Below, in pieces: positions 59,203 to 64,000 of a DNA stretch of 64,000 bases. The DNA is taken from contig CAXXKT010000002.1 of NCBI GenBank assembly GCA_963662405.2, forward strand, positions 381,675 through 445,674, written 5' to 3'. The notes under the pieces were generated by a model. The model was not told where the DNA came from, did no database searches, and was given only the letters and a program-made list of their open reading frames with translations. Position 1 is the stretch's first letter. Every line of letters begins with the position of its first letter. A program made the position numbers and the translations under genes. The DNA comes from Syntrophales bacterium (lineage in GTDB: Bacteria; Desulfobacterota; Syntrophia; Syntrophales; UBA2210).

Positions 59203-61428
59203 ATGCCCGAACAGATCATTCCCCAATCGGCCGGATCCCTTGCCGTGGCTGTTATGGCGCTGATCATGGCGTTCCTCCAGTTGACCTTTCGCTTCCGGAA
59301 GCCGCAGTTCAGTTGGTATGGGTGGGGAGCGGCCATCTCGTTTTCGGGTATGCTCTACGCCGTCGGCATTTTCTTTGAGTACAACGCCCCTCCCGGCCCG
59401 CTCAACCATTTTGCAGGACTGCTCGAATATACGGCGGTACTCTTCCTGATTCACAGCCTGTACGGCTTCACCTTTTCCTATCTCCACATAAAAGGGAGCC
59501 ATCTCTATCACACCGTGGCGGGGATCTTTCACGGCCTGGTCATAATCTGCCTGTGGTCCACCGACTTGATCGTGGCCGATCGGTTCGTGTCCCCTCTCCT
59601 CATCGGGCTGGCACGGCCGTACCTGGAACCCGCCCTGGGCCCCCTCGGAGTTTTCTTCGTCATCTACTGCGTCCTTGCGAGTATCAGCGCGCTTACCCTC
59701 TGGATCAGACACAGCGGCCCCGACGCTCGACACCGGAAACCCTATCTCTTCGGGATGTCCATCTGGATGATCCTTGGTCTCCACGACGGGATTGTCTCAC
59801 TGGGGGTCCCCTCGTTTCAGTATGTCATGGAATACGGTTTTTTCGCCTATTCGGTGGTGGTCCTCTGGATCCTCTTTGACAACTTTGTCGCGGTATCGGC
59901 GGAAGACACATACCGTACCATTACCGAACTCGCCAATGACGGTATCACGGTAATCCAGGATGGGACGCTGGTCTTCGCGAATCCCGCCTGCCGCACCTCG
60001 ATAGGCCGTGACGTCCTCGGATGCGGCTTCGAAGAGCTGCTCGATATCGTTTCCCCGGAAGACAGGGAGACGTTGCGCCGGCACTGTCAGGATCTTCTTG
60101 ATTTGCAAGACCCGTCAGGACTGTTCGTGTTCCGCTTGAACCGACCCAATGAGGAAGAAAGAACGATGGAGATCAGGGCGAATGGCATCCGGTACCGAAA
60201 CAGACCGGCAGTGCTGGCCGTCATGCGCGACGTAACGGAGCGGATCCGCGAAGAACGGGCACGGAAAGAGAATGAAGAAAAAATCGCCCGGCTGAGAAAG
60301 ATGGAGTCTCTGGGTGTCCTGGCCGGCGGCGTCGCTCACGACCTGAACAATGTCCTCTCCGGCATCATCAGCTATCCGGAGCTCATGCTCCTGGGACTCC
60401 CGGAGGACAGCCCCCTCAGAAAACCGATCACCGCCATTCAGGATTCCGGAAAGCGGGCGGTCGCCATCGTTCAGGATCTGCTCACTGTGGCGAGGGGTGT
60501 AACCACCCACAAAGAACCGTTGAATCTGAACGACACCATTCGATGCTACTTGGATTCCCCCGAATATCGAAAACTTATGTCCTATCATCCTGCCGTTACG
60601 ATTACGGCCAATCTGGCACCGGAGCTCTTTGACATCAAAGGATCCTCTTCCCATATCGGGAAAGTCGTAATGAACCTTGTATCAAACGCAGCCGAAGCTA
60701 TCGAGGGACACGGGCAAGTGGTCATCTCCACCATGAATCGATATCTGGATCGACCGCTCAAGGGGTGTAATGACATCCCGATCGGTGAATACAGCGTCAT
60801 GGTGGTTGAAGACGATGGACCGGGAATACACCCGGATGACCTTGGACGGATCTTTGAACCCTTCTATACAAAGAAAGTAATGGGGAGAAGCGGTACCGGC
60901 TTGGGTTTGGCAGTGGTATGGAATGCCGTACAGGATCATCAGGGATATATCAAGATCACAAGCAATACGGAGGGGACACGATTCGAGCTGTATTTCCCCC
61001 CAACCAGGGAAGAGATCACCATCCCGGCAAGAGAATCGCTTCCCCTGGAAAGGCTTCAGGGCCACGGTGAAACAATCCTGATCGTGGATGACCTGGAAGA
61101 CCAACGAGATATCTGCCGACTGATGCTGGAACGATTAAAATACCAACCACGGGCCGTCTCCAGTGGTGAGGCGGCCGTCGGTTACCTGAAGACCCACACC
61201 GTTGACCTGCTGCTGCTCGATATGACCTTGAACGGAGGCATGGATGGAGGTGAGACCTACGAGGAAATCAAAAAGATTCACCCCCGCCAGAAGGCCGTCA
61301 TCATCAGCGGCCTTGCCGAAAGGGATGCTATCGGCCAGACTGGGGAACTGGGCGTTCGATATTTCCTCGAAAAACCGCTGATCCTCGAAAAGCTGGGCAT
61401 GGCGGTGAAAAGAGAATTAGAGCGATGA
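59203..61428 (+). CDS. Multi-TM hybrid sensor kinase (membrane domain, PAS, HisKA, HATPase, REC)
   Basis: About 7 hydrophobic segments; GGVAHDLNN, FEPFYTKK, GTGLGL; C-terminal receiver. Confidence 0.92.
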   Translation: MPEQIIPQSAGSLAVAVMALIMAFLQLTFRFRKPQFSWYGWGAAISFSGMLYAVGIFFEYNAPPGPLNHFAGLLEYTAVLFLIHSLYGFTFSYLHIKGSHLYHTVAGIFHGLVIICLWSTDLIVADRFVSPLLIGLARPYLEPALGPLGVFFVIYCVLASISALTLWIRHSGPDARHRKPYLFGMSIWMILGLHDGIVSLGVPSFQYVMEYGFFAYSVVVLWILFDNFVAVSAEDTYRTITELANDGITVIQDGTLVFANPACRTSIGRDVLGCGFEELLDIVSPEDRETLRRHCQDLLDLQDPSGLFVFRLNRPNEEERTMEIRANGIRYRNRPAVLAVMRDVTERIREERARKENEEKIARLRKMESLGVLAGGVAHDLNNVLSGIISYPELMLLGLPEDSPLRKPITAIQDSGKRAVAIVQDLLTVARGVTTHKEPLNLNDTIRCYLDSPEYRKLMSYHPAVTITANLAPELFDIKGSSSHIGKVVMNLVSNAAEAIEGHGQVVISTMNRYLDRPLKGCNDIPIGEYSVMVVEDDGPGIHPDDLGRIFEPFYTKKVMGRSGTGLGLAVVWNAVQDHQGYIKITSNTEGTRFELYFPPTREEITIPARESLPLERLQGHGETILIVDDLEDQRDICRLMLERLKYQPRAVSSGEAAVGYLKTHTVDLLLLDMTLNGGMDGGETYEEIKKIHPRQKAVIISGLAERDAIGQTGELGVRYFLEKPLILEKLGMAVKRELER

Positions 61429-61434
61429 GGGGGA

Positions 61435-61516
61435 GCCCGCATCCCGTAGTAGGGGTTGGGATGCGGGCCGGGGAACGGCGGGGAACCGAACAAGACCGCG
61501 TTCCGTCCCCGCCGTT
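61435..61516. terminator. Two adjacent GC-rich hairpins between convergent genes
   Basis: GCCCGCATCCC/GGGATGCGGGC and AACGGCGGGGA/TCCCCGCCGTT. Confidence 0.6.
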
Positions 61517-61541
61517 TGAACATACCGTCTGTTAACGGGTC

Positions 61542-62042
61542 CTATGCCACCTCTTCCAGGAGTGTCACCTCGTCCCGGCTCAGGATACGGTCGATGTCGA
61601 GGAGGATCTTGACCGACCCCTCGATCTTCGCCATCCCCAGGATAAAGTCGCTGTCGAAGCGCGTCCCGAAGGTCGGCGTCTCTTCGATATCGCCCGCCTT
61701 GATGTTCAGGACCTCCGAAACACCATCCACGATGATCCCGATCTGGATCCGGCCCCGCCGGTTCGTTACCTCAACCACGATGATGCAGGTCCGCTCCGTG
61801 TAGGCCAACTCCTCCATCCCGAACTTCAACCTGAGGTCCACCACGGGGATCACCTTCCCCCGAAGATTGATCACACCCTTGATAAAGGACGGGGTCTGCG
61901 GTACCGAGGTCACCGTCATCATCCCGATAATCTCCTTCACCTTCAGGATACCGATCCCATATTCCTCGCCGGACAAGGAGAAGGTGAGGTATTTCCCTTC
62001 CTGTGCCATCTCTTTCCGGGTCGTTTCCGTCTGTTCGCTCAT
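61542..62042 (-). CDS. cheW: Chemotaxis protein CheW
   Basis: YLTF.L..EEYG, VPQTP.FIKGVINLRGKVIPVVDLR. Confidence 0.95.
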   Translation of the reverse strand: MSEQTETTRKEMAQEGKYLTFSLSGEEYGIGILKVKEIIGMMTVTSVPQTPSFIKGVINLRGKVIPVVDLRLKFGMEELAYTERTCIIVVEVTNRRGRIQIGIIVDGVSEVLNIKAGDIEETPTFGTRFDSDFILGMAKIEGSVKILLDIDRILSRDEVTLLEEVA

Positions 62043-62057
62043 CAGGTCACCTCCTCT

Positions 62058-63995
62058 CTAAAAGTCACGGAACTCGCCGTCATCCAGGGGAATGACCTGA
62101 TTCGGGCTCACCTCTCGCTTCCGCGCGGAGAGGGCAACATCCCGCACCGAGGTGGGGAGGGGCTTCGCCGCGGATCGCGAGGATCGCTGCACCCGCCGCA
62201 TCTCGACGCCACCGTCGCCGTTGTGGCCGCCCGCACCGTCGCCACCGATGGCCGCCAGGAGCTGAGCGGCAATATCCTTCAGCTGGGCCGCCTGGGCATT
62301 CATCTCTTCCGAGGCGGAGGCGCTCTCTTCCGCGTTCGCGGCATTCTGCTGGGTCACCTTGTCCATCTCGCCGATCGCCTTGTTCACCTGGTCGATCCCC
62401 TGCGCCTGCTCAGACGACGCCGCGGCAATCTCTCCCACCAGTTGCCCCACCTTGGCGCTGCTCTTCGTCACCTCTTCGAAGGCCGTATTGGTCTTCTCCA
62501 CCAGCTCCGAGCCTTCCTTGATCTTCTTCACCGACCCTTCGATCAGGTCCGCCGTGTTCTTCGCCGCCTCGGCCGCCCGCATCGCCAGGTTCCGTACCTC
62601 GTCGGCCACCACCGCGAATCCCGCGCCCGCCTCGCCCGCCCGGGCCGCCTCAACCGCCGCGTTCAGGGCCAGAAGGTTCGTCTGGAAGGCAATCTCGTCG
62701 ATCGTCTTGATGATCTTCGAGGTCTCCTCGCTCGCGTGGGAGATCTCTCCCATAGAGCCGGTCAGTTCCGTCATCGACTGGTCGGCCCGGATCACCACCT
62801 GGTTGGCCTCCTTCATCAGACCGTCCGCCTGACCGGCGTTGTCCGCGTTCTGACGCGTCATGGACGATATCTCCTCCAGGGATGACGAGGTCTCTTCGAT
62901 CGCCGAGGCGGACTCCGCCGACCCCTCCGCCAGGGACTGACTCGCCGACGAGACCTGGGTCGAGGCCGCGGCCACCTGGTCAGCCGCGCTGTTCAGCATC
63001 GCCACCGCCTCCGTGATCGGACGGGTGAGGCTCCGGGAAAAGTAGAACACGGCGAGGATGGTCAACGCCAGAAAGATCCCGCCGATAAGCAGGATGAAGT
63101 CCCGCATGGAACGCGCCGCGGCGAGAAACTCCGCCTCGTCCTGCGTGGCGCAGACGGACCAGCCCGTCAGTTTCACCGGGGCAAAGGCAGATATCTTATC
63201 GACCCCCTTGAAGGTATACGATTCGGTACCGGTCTGCTGCGCCAGCGCCCGTTCCGCAATTATTTCCATCCCTTTCATGTCCTTCATGTTTGTTTTCAAA
63301 ACGAGATCTTTATTGGGATGAGCAATAACCCAACCTTCCTTGTTGACCAGGAACGGGTATCCGGTCTCACCAAGCTTGATGTTCGTGATATTCTCGGACA
63401 AGAAATTGATACTCATGGTCGCTCCAGTGGCACCGATTATCTTCCCGTCTTGAGAATACACAGGAGCACAGATGGGAACCACGGGATTACCGGTTGACTT
63501 TGAAATGATCACATTACCGATATTTATCTTTCCCGCCAGCGCCGTCTGGACATAACCCCGGCTCGCCAGTGAGAGGCCGATAAGGCTCTTTTCGCTCGAT
63601 CCGGCAAGGACGACACCACTCGTGTCGACGAGGTAAAGATTTTCGTAATCACTTCCCAGTTTCTTTATCGTAGTTCGCAGGGTATTCCCCGCTCTTACCA
63701 TTTCATCAAACTCAGCCGCATCGGTGGCGGTGACACCCCGATCGGCAATCGTGGTCGCTGCTTCAACCAATACCTCATTAAGGGACAGTTGCGAGATGAC
63801 CTTGATTTCCTCCGCCATGACCAGCTCAGCCATGGCGGCAATATCCGTGGCGACATTCACCGCCCGTTCCTTCGAAATAGTTTCGAGGGCGCCCGATGAC
63901 TTCATAATCGAAAACAACCCGACAACCAGGAGGGGAATCAGCACAACGACGATTCCTCCCGTAACAAGCTTGAAACCCAGTGATTTTCTCTTCAT
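62058..63995 (-). CDS. Methyl-accepting chemotaxis protein with dCache domain
   Basis: Two TM, Cache domain, [24 protein letters not shown]-terminal tail LDDGEFRDF. Confidence 0.95.
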   Translation of the reverse strand: MKRKSLGFKLVTGGIVVVLIPLLVVGLFSIMKSSGALETISKERAVNVATDIAAMAELVMAEEIKVISQLSLNEVLVEAATTIADRGVTATDAAEFDEMVRAGNTLRTTIKKLGSDYENLYLVDTSGVVLAGSSEKSLIGLSLASRGYVQTALAGKINIGNVIISKSTGNPVVPICAPVYSQDGKIIGATGATMSINFLSENITNIKLGETGYPFLVNKEGWVIAHPNKDLVLKTNMKDMKGMEIIAERALAQQTGTESYTFKGVDKISAFAPVKLTGWSVCATQDEAEFLAAARSMRDFILLIGGIFLALTILAVFYFSRSLTRPITEAVAMLNSAADQVAAASTQVSSASQSLAEGSAESASAIEETSSSLEEISSMTRQNADNAGQADGLMKEANQVVIRADQSMTELTGSMGEISHASEETSKIIKTIDEIAFQTNLLALNAAVEAARAGEAGAGFAVVADEVRNLAMRAAEAAKNTADLIEGSVKKIKEGSELVEKTNTAFEEVTKSSAKVGQLVGEIAAASSEQAQGIDQVNKAIGEMDKVTQQNAANAEESASASEEMNAQAAQLKDIAAQLLAAIGGDGAGGHNGDGGVEMRRVQRSSRSAAKPLPTSVRDVALSARKREVSPNQVIPLDDGEFRDF

Positions 63996-64000
63996 ACCCA

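Noticed and set aside
2662..62885. Many long antisense or alternate-frame ORFs (e.g. 2662-3447, 8121-9050, 36323-37276, 54009-55610, 62223-62885)
   Set aside because: Shadow frames of well-supported genes in GC-rich DNA, with no protein motifs.
1..64000. CRISPR array, tRNA, rRNA, prophage or defence genes
   Set aside because: None recognised by eye; dedicated scans were not run.

Overview
Bacterial chromosomal segment. Gene content (orange-protein/ORP cluster, sigma-54 activator, PEP-CTERM protein, many PAS/HD-GYP proteins, MCPs) suggests an anaerobic deltaproteobacterium (Desulfobacterota/Syntrophales-like; inference). In order: (1) MCP 3' end, a Cys-rich DUF3795-type gene, a livF remnant and a PEP-CTERM gene; (2) a minus-strand operon lutABC - LarA-family racemase - split UxaA-family dehydratase; (3) housekeeping/accessory genes (acyltransferase, M20 peptidase, citrate synthase, methyltransferase, slyX, recQ), with slyX-recQ bracketed by a 131-bp direct repeat; (4) a visibly AT-richer mosaic (~18.4-28.5 kb) bracketed by two paralogous small secreted-protein genes and carrying trmO, a PAS/HD-GYP gene, a tyrosine recombinase flanked by an inverted repeat, an IS3 element, a polyferredoxin and a doubly truncated pilB; (5) an overlapping operon hybrid kinase - REC - REC/HD-GYP - glutaredoxin - ferredoxin:thioredoxin reductase; (6) OmpR-family regulator, frameshifted kinase and degP, followed by an anti-SD/anti-AUG hairpin; (7) an expanded sigma-54-controlled ORP metal-cluster operon with five RG/RGG-rich proteins; (8) a phosphorelay/c-di-GMP phosphodiesterase block, then cheW and an MCP. 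No rRNA, tRNA or CRISPR array was recognised. All family calls come from motif recognition by eye; no database searches were run.
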